Notes under the pieces: generated by a model
What the model saw: the letters and a program-made list of their open reading frames with translations, nothing else
Database searches by the model: none
What the model was told of the DNA's origin: nothing
Made by a program: the position numbers and the translations under genes
Shown here: positions 19,075 through 27,405 of the stretch, piece after piece
Layout: each line of letters starts with the position of its first letter
How positions within the stretch are numbered: the first letter of the stretch is position 1
Assembly (NCBI GenBank): GCA_003136555.1
Contig: PLEW01000233.1
Coordinates: forward strand, 6,067 to 70,066
Origin: Planctomycetota bacterium
GTDB lineage: Bacteria; Planctomycetota; UBA11346
Length of the DNA stretch: 64,000 nt
Reading direction: 5' to 3'

Positions 19075-19669
19075 TACTGGAAGCACCGACGCCGGCGGCG
19101 GCAACATCGATCGCGAGCGCGACCACTCCTTCGATGGCATTACCGAATACGACAACGACCTCCCCCGCTGGTGGCTGGCGATGCTGTGGATCAGCGTGGT
19201 CTTCGCCATCTGGTACGTCGCCTATTTCCATTTCGGCAACGGCCAGATCGGCGTGGATCGCTGGACCAAGGAAACGGCGGCCATCGCCGCTGAGCGCGCC
19301 AAGCACCAGACTGGCCCGCTGACCGAGGAGTCGTTGCGCGCCCTCAGCCACGATCCCGAGCGCATCGCCCGGGGGAAGACGCTGTTCGGCACGGTCGGGT
19401 GCTCGATCTGCCACGGTCCTGAAGGCACCGGCCTGATCGGCCCGAATCTCTGCGACCGCTATTGGATCTATGGCTCGAATATGACCGACATCGTGGAGGG
19501 CATCACCAATGGCCGTGCCAACAACGTCATGCCGCCGCAGAAGGCGGCGCTGTCCCCTGACGACATCAACAATCTGGCGATCTACGTGGTCAGCCTCAGC
19601 CGGGCCGGCTTCAAGCCCGGTAAGCCCGCCGATCTGACGCGTGAAAAAGACAACCCGATCACCTATTGA
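19067..19669 (+). CDS. ccoP: cbb3 oxidase subunit III (CcoP), monoheme variant
   Basis: Conserved FDGITEYDNDLPRWW N-terminal motif. Only one CxxCH (CSICH) is present. The start is placed at ATG 19067 (AAAGGAA RBS, overlaps the ccoQ stop) rather than the track start 19037. Confidence 0.85.
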   Translation: MSSTGSTDAGGGNIDRERDHSFDGITEYDNDLPRWWLAMLWISVVFAIWYVAYFHFGNGQIGVDRWTKETAAIAAERAKHQTGPLTEESLRALSHDPERIARGKTLFGTVGCSICHGPEGTGLIGPNLCDRYWIYGSNMTDIVEGITNGRANNVMPPQKAALSPDDINNLAIYVVSLSRAGFKPGKPADLTREKDNPITY

Positions 19670-19675
19670 TCCCCC

Positions 19676-21082
19676 ATGGACGATGTCAGCGACGACTTCC
19701 GCTCTGTCATGGCATCCGTCGACCGTCGTGGTCGACGGAAATGGGTCTATGTCCACATCGTCCCCGGTATCTGGCGCCGCCGCCGCTTGGTGGTGGCCTA
19801 CCTGATCACCGCCCTGGTGATCGCCCTGCCCCATCTGCGCATCGCCGGTCGTCCGGTCCTGTGCATCGACTTCCCCCACTCGCAGTACACCGTCCTCGGG
19901 CAGGTGTTCTGGCCACAAGATCTCAGCTACCTGCTGCTCCTCCTGCTGATGGCCATCATCGGCACCCTGCTCGCCGTCTCCCTGGTGGGTCGAGTGTTCT
20001 GCGGCTGGCTGTGCCCGCACAACGCCTTGCTGGAATTCATCTTCCGGCCGATCGAGGAACTGCTCGAAGGTCCGGCTCATCGGCGCATCCGCCAGGATCA
20101 CGCGGGGCTGCACCCCGGGCTCATCCTGCGCAAGCTGGTCAAATGGGCGCTCTTCCTGCTGGTGTGCATGACCCTGGCGAGCGCGGTTGCCGCCCTCTTC
20201 ACCGGAGCGGACGCCATGGTCGGCGGCATCCATATCGATGCCGCCGAGCATCCGGGCGGCGCCCTGTTCGCGGGCCTGCTGACTGCCGCCATGCTGTTCA
20301 ACTTCGCCTGGTTCCGCGAGCAGACCTGCACCATCGTCTGCCCCTACGGTCGGCTGCAGGCAGCGATGCTCGATCGTCATTCCCTTGTGCCGGCCTACGA
20401 TGCGCGTCGCGGCGAGCCGCGCGGCAAGGCCGCGAAATCGGCGGCCGCCGAGGCGCCGGCGGCGTTGGGCGACTGCGTCGACTGCAAGCTCTGCGTCTCG
20501 GTATGCCCGACCGCCATCGACATCCGCAATGGCAGCCAGCTGGAGTGCATCAACTGCTTGGCCTGCATCGACGCTTGCGATGGCGTCATGGCCAAGCTGG
20601 GTCGGCCGGCGGGCCTGATCGCCTACCGCAGCGAGAACCAGCTCAGCGGTCAGCCGCGCCAGGTGCTGCGTCCGCGCACCCTTATCTATGGCGCGGTGCT
20701 CGCGGTGCTGCTGGCGGTCTCTGCCATCCGCATCGGCTCGCGCACCGATCTGCAAGTCATGCGCCTGCGTGTCGGTGCCATGCCCTCACTGGTGCGCGAT
20801 GCCGCGGGCAACCAGCTCGTGCGCCAGGATCTCACCTTGTCGGTCATCAATCGCACCGGCGACGAACAGCGCGTCACCTTCGGCCTGCCCGACGATCTGG
20901 GTGCGTCCCTGCACCTGGTGGAGCCGGTGGTGGTATTGGGCCCGAACCAGCGCCGCGAGATCACTCCGACGGTCGATATCCCGGAACAACGCCTGCATGG
21001 CAGCGATCGCGCCACCATCCTCTCCATCACCAGCAGCTCCGGCACCCATGTCGACCTGCCTATCACCCTGCGTGCCCCATGA
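19676..21082 (+). CDS. ccoG: CcoG/FixG 4Fe-4S ferredoxin-type membrane protein
   Basis: TM segments followed by two ferredoxin motifs: CVDCKLCVSVCP and CINCLACIDACD. Confidence 0.9.
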   Translation: MDDVSDDFRSVMASVDRRGRRKWVYVHIVPGIWRRRRLVVAYLITALVIALPHLRIAGRPVLCIDFPHSQYTVLGQVFWPQDLSYLLLLLLMAIIGTLLAVSLVGRVFCGWLCPHNALLEFIFRPIEELLEGPAHRRIRQDHAGLHPGLILRKLVKWALFLLVCMTLASAVAALFTGADAMVGGIHIDAAEHPGGALFAGLLTAAMLFNFAWFREQTCTIVCPYGRLQAAMLDRHSLVPAYDARRGEPRGKAAKSAAAEAPAALGDCVDCKLCVSVCPTAIDIRNGSQLECINCLACIDACDGVMAKLGRPAGLIAYRSENQLSGQPRQVLRPRTLIYGAVLAVLLAVSAIRIGSRTDLQVMRLRVGAMPSLVRDAAGNQLVRQDLTLSVINRTGDEQRVTFGLPDDLGASLHLVEPVVVLGPNQRREITPTVDIPEQRLHGSDRATILSITSSSGTHVDLPITLRAP

Positions 21083-21582
21083 ACCAGCCCCAGACCAGCA
21101 CCTTCAACCCCTGGCCCTGGCTGCCGGTCATCGTGCTCGGCATCACCGTCATCCCGAGCCTGATCTTCGTGATGACCGCGCATCGCCTGCGGCTGGGCCT
21201 GGTGGAGGAGCTGCCCTACCAGTCGTCCGTGCATTACGATGTCGACAAGCAGTCGCGCAGCGATTTCCGCGCCGCTGGCTATCACTTCGCCGCCCAAGGC
21301 GACGGTCCGCTGCGGCTGCGCTTCCAGCTCGCCGCGCCGGTCGGTGCCGGCCCGGCGAAGGACACCCAGATCGCACTCTACCGCCCAGACGACCTGCGCT
21401 GCGACCGTGTCATCGCCTGGCCCGATCCCACGCAGCCGTTGGTCGTCTCGGTGCAGCGCCCCGGTCTCTGGCGCGTGCGCCTGTCTCTGAACCTGGCTGG
21501 ACCGGTGAGCTCCACCGGTACGGCCAACGACCGAGTGCTGACGGACGAGACCGCCGTCGATGCCCCCGAGGAGGAACCATGA
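21079..21582 (+). CDS. FixH/CcoH-like protein
   Basis: Extracted from the long ORF 19666..21582. ATG 21079 overlaps the ccoG stop (ATGA). N-terminal NPWPWLPVIVLGITVIPSLIFV TM segment, as in FixH. Confidence 0.7.
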   Translation: MNQPQTSTFNPWPWLPVIVLGITVIPSLIFVMTAHRLRLGLVEELPYQSSVHYDVDKQSRSDFRAAGYHFAAQGDGPLRLRFQLAAPVGAGPAKDTQIALYRPDDLRCDRVIAWPDPTQPLVVSVQRPGLWRVRLSLNLAGPVSSTGTANDRVLTDETAVDAPEEEP

Positions 21583-22019
21583 TCACCTTGACCGGCGAAT
21601 ATGCCTTACGGGCGGTCGTCTGCCTCGCCGCCCATCCCGGCGAGCCGATGACCGCCGAGGCCATCAGCCAACATACCGCTGTGTCGGTGGGCTACCTGGC
21701 GAAGATCCTGCAGGGGCTCAACCGCTCGGGCCTGGTGGCATCGCAGCGGGGACCGCATGGCGGCTTCACCCTGCGCCACCGGGCGGAAGACATCACCGTC
21801 TATGATGTGGTGGAGGCGGCCGATCAGCTGCCTCGCCTGCATGAGGGTCCAGATGGGGCGGTGGCTCCCAGCCCGAATAAGGTCCTCGATCGCCTGCACC
21901 GCCTGCTGTCGCATGTCCGCGGTCAGCTCGAGGAGGTCTACCGTACCACCACCATCGCGGCGCTGATGGTCGAGACCGGTAGCCCGGACCAGAGCGGTCC
22001 TGCCGCCGTCAGGCCATGA
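21579..22019 (+). CDS. Rrf2-family regulator lacking cluster-ligand cysteines
   Basis: Extracted from ORF 20688..22019. ATG 21579 overlaps the fixH stop (ATGA). GEYALRAVVCL...VSVGYLAKILQGLNRSGLVASQRGPHGGFTL. No Cys/His cluster in the 90-105 region. Confidence 0.85.
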   Translation: MITLTGEYALRAVVCLAAHPGEPMTAEAISQHTAVSVGYLAKILQGLNRSGLVASQRGPHGGFTLRHRAEDITVYDVVEAADQLPRLHEGPDGAVAPSPNKVLDRLHRLLSHVRGQLEEVYRTTTIAALMVETGSPDQSGPAAVRP

Positions 22020-23149
22020 GCCTCCGGCCCGCGTTCGACTTCAATCGTGCCCCCTTCATCGTCATCTGGGAGGTCACGCGGGCCTGCGATCTCGCCTGCC
22101 AGCATTGCCGCGCCGATGCGCAGCCGGACCCCTCCGCGCAGCAGCTCACCACCACCGAGGGCATGGCCCTCCTCGATCACGTGCGCGAGCACTTCGGCGT
22201 GGTGCTGATGGTCTTCACCGGGGGTGACCCGCTCAAGCGCCCCGATCTCCACCAGCTCATCGCCCATGGTACGCGCCTGGGGCTGCGCATGGCCATCACC
22301 CCCTCGGCCACACCGCTGCTCACCGCTGCGGCGATCGGGGCGCTGCAGGACAGCGGAATAAAGCGCATCGCCCTCAGCCTGGATGGCGCCGATGCGGCCA
22401 CCCATGATGCCTTCCGCGGTGTGCCAGGGACCTTTGCCCGCACCATCGATGCGCTGAACACCGCTCGCCGTCTGGGCCTGGAGATCCAGGTCAATACCAC
22501 CGTCTCGCGCCATAACATCGGCCAGCTAGAGCAGATCGCCCGCATGGTCGAATACCTGGATGCGCGGCTGTGGTCGGTCTTCGCCCTGGTCGCGACCGGT
22601 CGCGCTGCTGCCGATCTCCTGCCGACCCCGCTCGAGCATGAGCAGGTCTACCGTCTCCTGGCCGCGCTCGCTTTGGAGCCCGCCACCAGCTTCGATATCA
22701 AGACCACCGCCGGCCAGCCCTATTACCGCGTCCTGGCGCAGCGGCGCGCGGCAGCGCTTGCGGCCGGAGCGGCGGGAGAATCCCTGCGCACCCCCGGCAA
22801 CCGCGCGCCACGCACGGTCAACGATGGCAACGGCCTGGTCTTCATCAGCCATACCGGCGAGATCAGCCCCTCGGGCTTCCTGCCCCTGGTGGCGGGCACT
22901 GTGCGCACGGCGAGCCTGGCCGACGTCTACCGCCAGCAGGCGCTCTTCGTCCGTCTGCGCCAGCCCGAGACCTTCAGCGGCAAATGCGGATGGTGCTCCT
23001 TCCAGCAGCTGTGCGGAGGCAGCCGCAGCCGCGCCTTCGCCGCCACCGGCGACGCCTTCGCCAGCGATCCGACCTGCATCCACCAGCCGAAGCGCCAACT
23101 GCAGGGGGCTTCCGAACCCGGATCAGCAACTTCTGGGAGGAGCACGTAG
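22016..23149 (+). CDS. Radical SAM/SPASM-domain protein (recalls the TIGR04053-type family)
   Basis: WEVTRACDLACQHCRA (CxxxCxxC), TGGDPLKRPDL, SLDGADAATHDAFRG, and a C-terminal Cys-rich SPASM-like segment GKCGWCSFQQLCGG...DPTC. ATGA overlap with the rrf2 stop. Confidence 0.88.
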   Translation: MSLRPAFDFNRAPFIVIWEVTRACDLACQHCRADAQPDPSAQQLTTTEGMALLDHVREHFGVVLMVFTGGDPLKRPDLHQLIAHGTRLGLRMAITPSATPLLTAAAIGALQDSGIKRIALSLDGADAATHDAFRGVPGTFARTIDALNTARRLGLEIQVNTTVSRHNIGQLEQIARMVEYLDARLWSVFALVATGRAAADLLPTPLEHEQVYRLLAALALEPATSFDIKTTAGQPYYRVLAQRRAAALAAGAAGESLRTPGNRAPRTVNDGNGLVFISHTGEISPSGFLPLVAGTVRTASLADVYRQQALFVRLRQPETFSGKCGWCSFQQLCGGSRSRAFAATGDAFASDPTCIHQPKRQLQGASEPGSATSGRST

Positions 23150-23233
23150 ACGAGGCCGCATGCCAAAATGACATCTGACGACATCGCTCGAGACATGCGA
23201 GCTGAGCGGCGCCGGTTTCGGGCAGCAATATAT

Positions 23234-23247
23234 GGATAAGATCATCT
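23234..23247. promoter_or_regulatory. Candidate operator site 7 of 7: GGATAA-GA-TCATCT
   Basis: AT-rich island (atggataagatcatctgtttagaataataatg) 45 nt upstream of ATG 23292. Followed by GTTTAGAAT (a TAGAAT -10-like hexamer). Confidence 0.5.
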
Positions 23248-23291
23248 GTTTAGAATAATAATGAGCGGACCACCCACATTCTGGAGGTCGT

Positions 23292-24083
23292 ATGCCACCA
23301 TTCACGCACGATACCAGCCGATGCGCTCCCGGACGCTCACCGACCGCGGAGTCGGTGCGGCCAATCACCCATGCGGCCAGGAACCAGGGAGCGGTCTTCT
23401 CGTTCTCGGTACAGGATCGCCGCTGCGACTTTGCATCCGCGTATCCCGAGCTCGATCACGCCTGTGCCGCCCTTGGGATCGCAACCGCGGAGTCAATTGC
23501 TGACGGTAGCGCCGATGCTCGCCAAACGCTGCTCATGCTCGCTCGTGCCGCGCAGCCGCTGCTGGATTATGCGAATGGTTCGGCCACAGCGCCCATCCCG
23601 GAGCTGGTCGCGGTGCTCCGTGACCGCCAGCATCAGGCGATTCGCTGGGAGCTGATCCGACTGGGACATCTCATCTCCTGGCTCTCTGAACAGCACCATA
23701 CGGAGGAGAGCATCGCTTTGCATAGGGGATGGCTCAGCTTCTGCGCACGTCTGATGGAGCATATGCAGGAGGAGGAGACCACCTGCTTCCCCTTCTGTGT
23801 CCACGTGGCGCTGTCCCCGGATGCGCAGTTGCCGTCGATGCACGAGTGCATGCACCGCATCCATCAGATGAACGAGACGCATGATGAGACGCAGGCAGAG
23901 ATCCGCTCCCTGCTGGTGCTGGTCAACCGGGCGCAATGCGCGCTTCCGGATGACGACCTGCGCATCGTCGGATTCGGACTCGATGCGCTGCAAGTGACCC
24001 TTGGCATGCATGCTGAGCTCGAAGGGGAATACCTCCTGCCGCGGTGCATCGAGCTGGTGTTCCGAGCGAGAGCGTCGATGTAG
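23292..24083 (+). CDS. RIC/ScdA-type di-iron (hemerythrin-like) protein, paralogue 3
   Basis: Motifs DFASAYPELDHACAALGI, LRDRQHQAIRWEL, LMEHMQEEETTCFPF and LGMHAELEGEYLLPR parallel paralogues 1 and 2. Confidence 0.7.
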   Translation: MPPFTHDTSRCAPGRSPTAESVRPITHAARNQGAVFSFSVQDRRCDFASAYPELDHACAALGIATAESIADGSADARQTLLMLARAAQPLLDYANGSATAPIPELVAVLRDRQHQAIRWELIRLGHLISWLSEQHHTEESIALHRGWLSFCARLMEHMQEEETTCFPFCVHVALSPDAQLPSMHECMHRIHQMNETHDETQAEIRSLLVLVNRAQCALPDDDLRIVGFGLDALQVTLGMHAELEGEYLLPRCIELVFRARASM

Positions 24084-24640
24084 GAGCCGGTCATGGCGTC
24101 GATCGCCGATTGAGGGCGCGGTGCTGCCGCAGCGACCTCGCAATGACCAAGTGCATGGACATGGTTGCAGGGGATCGACAGTCACCACGGATGTGTCGAC
24201 AGCCGTATTGGGCGTCCCTGGTGTTGAGACGCACGTCAGCTCCCCCCATGGCGGGGATCGTCAACTACTCCTGCGCGCATGCAGACCTGCCACGCAACCA
24301 TTTCTATCATAGGTAGTTGCAGCGACATCCGAGCGGATAGCAGCACGGCGTCTGGGCATTGAAGGCCACCTGGGGGGAGTGCTGCGGGGCACCAGGACCG
24401 CTCATCCCATGAGTGCTGCGGCTGCGGCTGCGGCCATGGCAGGCAGGTTCGCCTTGCAGGCGGATGGGCGCGAGTGACAATCACCCCATTGGCAGATCAG
24501 GAATCGGCGCATGTTTTCCAGCGGGCTGGCGAGTGTGAATCCGATGCGCCGTACGGCAGCGGGACCTGCGGTGGGAGGCATGCGGGGATATCCTGGAAAT
24601 GCAGGTATGCGGTGGTCGTCGGTCCAGACAGGAGGTCGGT

Positions 24641-26713
24641 ATGCGGCTGCTCATGATCGGACTGGTTGTCGGCTCGCTGGCCATGGCAGCGCCGTGGTGG
24701 CCGGGCAACCGTGCCTTGGCAGCCGAGGAGGTGACGGGTACGAGCTTCGTCCCGTCGGGCGAACCCAGGGTCACCCCGCGCGCCAAATCCTTCCTGGATG
24801 ACAAGCTGATCAAGGATGCGGCCAAAGCCATCGACGCCCTGATCGATGCCGGCTTGGCCCGCGACCAGATCAAGCCCCAGCCGCGGACCAAGGACCCGCA
24901 ATTCCTGCGCCGGGTGTACCTCGATCTGGCCGGCCGCATCCCCACCATCGATGAGACGCTCGAGTTCCTCGCCTCGACCAAAGCGGACAAGCGCAATGCC
25001 CTGGTCCGGCGGCTGCTCGAGAGCGAGGCCTACGTCAGCACCACCTTCAACTGGTGGGCCGACATGCTGCGTGCGCGGACGCGGCTGCAGGATCGCTACG
25101 ACGGACGCCCCTACATCGACTGGATCAAGCAATCCATCCGCAGCAATACGCCCTATGACCGCCTGGTCTACCAGTTGATCACCGCGTCCGGTCCGACCTG
25201 CGCCCGGGGCAATGGCGCCACCGGCTTCTATGTGACCGATGCTGGCATGCCGCTGGACAACATGGCCAATACCGTCCGGCTCTTCCTCGGCACCCGCGTG
25301 GCCTGCGCCCAATGCCACGACCACCCCTTCGACAAATGGACGCGCAAGGACTTCTACCAGATGGCGGCCTTCACAGCGGGAACCGAGGTGGCAGCCCCGC
25401 TGGGTCTGCTCGATGGCGCGGTCAAGACCTTGGCCGAGCACAGCGCCACGCGTCCGGTATCGACGGGCTGGGGCAAGTGGGGGTCATTCCAGCCGGTCCC
25501 CTATACGGCCGCCCAGGTCACCCAACTGGTCGAAGAGACCATCGGCATGCACGTCTCCTCGGGGGATCTGGGGGAGATCGCCCTGCCGAGCAACTACCAG
25601 TACAACGATGCGAAGCCGGACGACCTGGTCCAAGCCAGGACGATATTTGACGAGCAGATACTCACCGATGCAAGCAAGCGTGCGCGCGCGGTCTACGGCA
25701 GGTGGCTGACCGCCCCGGGCAACCCCCGCTTCACCATGGTTGCGGTCAACCGGCTGTGGAAGCGGCTCATGCGCGTCGGGCTGATCGAGCCGCTCGATCA
25801 GCTCACCGATCAGACTAGGCCCTTCAACGCTGCGCTTGCCGACTACCTGGTCCAGCTGCTGAAGGATGTGCACTACGATACCCGCCTCTTCCAAGCCGCC
25901 ATCTGCGCCACCAATGCCTATCAGGCGCAGACGGTCATGGGCGATGCCGATCGCCTGCAATTCCATCACGAAGGGCAACCGCTGCGCCGGCTGTCAGCCG
26001 AGCAGATGTGGGATTCGCTGATGACGTTGACCGTGGCCGAGGTCGATGGCATCAGGGACGCGAGCGCCGAGGCGCTGTACCGCTTCTACGAGGTCAACAG
26101 GGCGAAGAGCCCGGATCAGCTGGCACCGCTGGTGCTCAAGGTCGCGGATGCCCAGGTTGAGCTCGATAATGTCGAGAAGGACATCGTCTTCAGACGCGAG
26201 AAGCTCGCTGCCGCCTCGGACACGGACAAGCCCGCCCTTGAAACGGAGATCAAGGAGGTCGTGGCCAAGCGCGAGCTGCTCAGGACGCAAGCGGACATCC
26301 TCTCGCCGTATGCCGATGCGCATGCCTCGACCAGCCCGTACCGTCGCGCGTCCGAGTTGTTGTCGCCGACGCCGCCGGGCCATTTCCTGCGCGTCTTCGG
26401 CCAGTCCAACCGGCAGCTGATGGACAATGCCAGCGATGCCATGAACCTGACCCAGGCCCTCGAACTGATGAATGGATTGGTGGAAACCACCATCCTCGGA
26501 GATCCGTCATCGGTGCTCTCGCGCGGTCTGGCCAGGATGCATGCCGCCGAGGACAAGGTGTTCATCCTCTATGCAGCCATCCTGTCGCGGGCGCCGACCG
26601 CGGCGGAAATGGAGTATGGCCTCAAGGTCATGTCGCTGGCCCCCAATAGGCGCGGCGCCGCCTATTTGGGCTGGGCGCTGATAAACAGCGCCGAGTTTGC
26701 CTTCAATCAGTGA
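24641..26713 (+). CDS. DUF1549/DUF1553 (PSCyt2/PSD1) protein
   Basis: Start moved to ATG 24641 (CAGGAGG RBS), giving signal peptide MRLLMIGLVVGSLAMA. RRVYLDLAGRIPTIDE, CAQCHDHPFDKWTRKDFYQMAAF and VNRLWKRLMRVGLIEPLD are hallmark motifs of this family. Confidence 0.85.
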   Translation: MRLLMIGLVVGSLAMAAPWWPGNRALAAEEVTGTSFVPSGEPRVTPRAKSFLDDKLIKDAAKAIDALIDAGLARDQIKPQPRTKDPQFLRRVYLDLAGRIPTIDETLEFLASTKADKRNALVRRLLESEAYVSTTFNWWADMLRARTRLQDRYDGRPYIDWIKQSIRSNTPYDRLVYQLITASGPTCARGNGATGFYVTDAGMPLDNMANTVRLFLGTRVACAQCHDHPFDKWTRKDFYQMAAFTAGTEVAAPLGLLDGAVKTLAEHSATRPVSTGWGKWGSFQPVPYTAAQVTQLVEETIGMHVSSGDLGEIALPSNYQYNDAKPDDLVQARTIFDEQILTDASKRARAVYGRWLTAPGNPRFTMVAVNRLWKRLMRVGLIEPLDQLTDQTRPFNAALADYLVQLLKDVHYDTRLFQAAICATNAYQAQTVMGDADRLQFHHEGQPLRRLSAEQMWDSLMTLTVAEVDGIRDASAEALYRFYEVNRAKSPDQLAPLVLKVADAQVELDNVEKDIVFRREKLAAASDTDKPALETEIKEVVAKRELLRTQADILSPYADAHASTSPYRRASELLSPTPPGHFLRVFGQSNRQLMDNASDAMNLTQALELMNGLVETTILGDPSSVLSRGLARMHAAEDKVFILYAAILSRAPTAAEMEYGLKVMSLAPNRRGAAYLGWALINSAEFAFNQ

Positions 26714-27041
26714 CCAGCGCCAGGTGGTGGCTGGTGCGCCCGTCCAGCCTTGGTGAGCCGCCGCCGCTCACGAGGTTGGCAAGCGGTTCAGGCGTGATGC
26801 CGAATCATGGCGGTGCCGTCGCCGAGCGTCTGGGAAGTGAGCCCATCTGCACGCAGTCTGGGTCTGGAAATCCAGATCTCGACCACCTGCTCGTGCCACA
26901 CTATCGGCAGCTGGAGCAGATCGGCCGCAGGGTCGGCTACCCGGAGGCGCGGCTATGCTCAACCGTCGCCGACGTCGCGCCGGGAACCTGGACGGGGCAC
27001 ATAGTGGCTCTCGATTCGCGTGAAACTGGCAGCACCTCGGT

Positions 27042-27080
27042 TTCCAGAATGGAAACACAACCATTGTTTCCATTCTGGAA
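27042..27080. promoter_or_regulatory. Perfect 16-bp inverted repeat (TTCCAGAATGGAAACA-N7-TGTTTCCATTCTGGAA), candidate higBA operator
   Basis: Read directly from the sequence. Ends 17 nt upstream of higB ATG 27097. Confidence 0.6.
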
Positions 27081-27096
27081 GCATTTATCATCGATC

Positions 27097-27405
27097 ATGC
27101 AGCTCATGAGTCTCGGAACCCTGCGAACCTTCCGGGAAGCCAATGAGCGGGCACGGCAGGAGCTTGTGCAATGGTCGAAGATCGTCCGTAAGGCTACGTG
27201 GCGGAATTTCCATGATGTTCGCAAGGATCTTCGCAGCGCCGACAACCTCACTGGTGGTTGGATCTGCTTCAACATCCGGCGCAATGAATTCCGCCTCATC
27301 GTCCTCATGGTGTACGATGTCAAGATGGTCCTCGTGAAGTTCATTGGATCGCATGCCCAGTACGATCTCCTGCTCACAAACCCGAAATGGAAGAAAGCCC
27401 TATGA
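27097..27405 (+). CDS. higB: Type II toxin HigB (RelE/ParE superfamily)
   Basis: C-terminal part of ORF 26710..27405. LRTFREANERARQELVQWSKIVRKATWRNFHDVRKDLRSAD...CFNIRRNEFRLIV...KFIGSHAQYD matches the HigB_toxin pattern. Visibly lower GC than the flanks. Confidence 0.85.
   Translation: MQLMSLGTLRTFREANERARQELVQWSKIVRKATWRNFHDVRKDLRSADNLTGGWICFNIRRNEFRLIVLMVYDVKMVLVKFIGSHAQYDLLLTNPKWKKAL

Noticed and set aside
24278-24291. 14-mer CATGCAGACCTGCC repeated at 24278-24291 and 63948-63961.
   Set aside because: A handful of exact 14-mer coincidences is expected by chance in 64 kb of compositionally biased DNA. There is no flanking similarity.
24415-24432. Hexamer tandem repeat (GCTGCG)x3 in the 24084-24640 spacer.
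   Set aside because: It is a short, low-complexity GC-rich repeat with no array structure, and it is not CRISPR-like.
26710-27096. 5' extension of the higB ORF (231-aa track ORF).
   Set aside because: There is no HigB similarity before residue about 130, and the perfect inverted repeat and promoter-like DNA lie inside this stretch. HigB toxins are about 100 aa.
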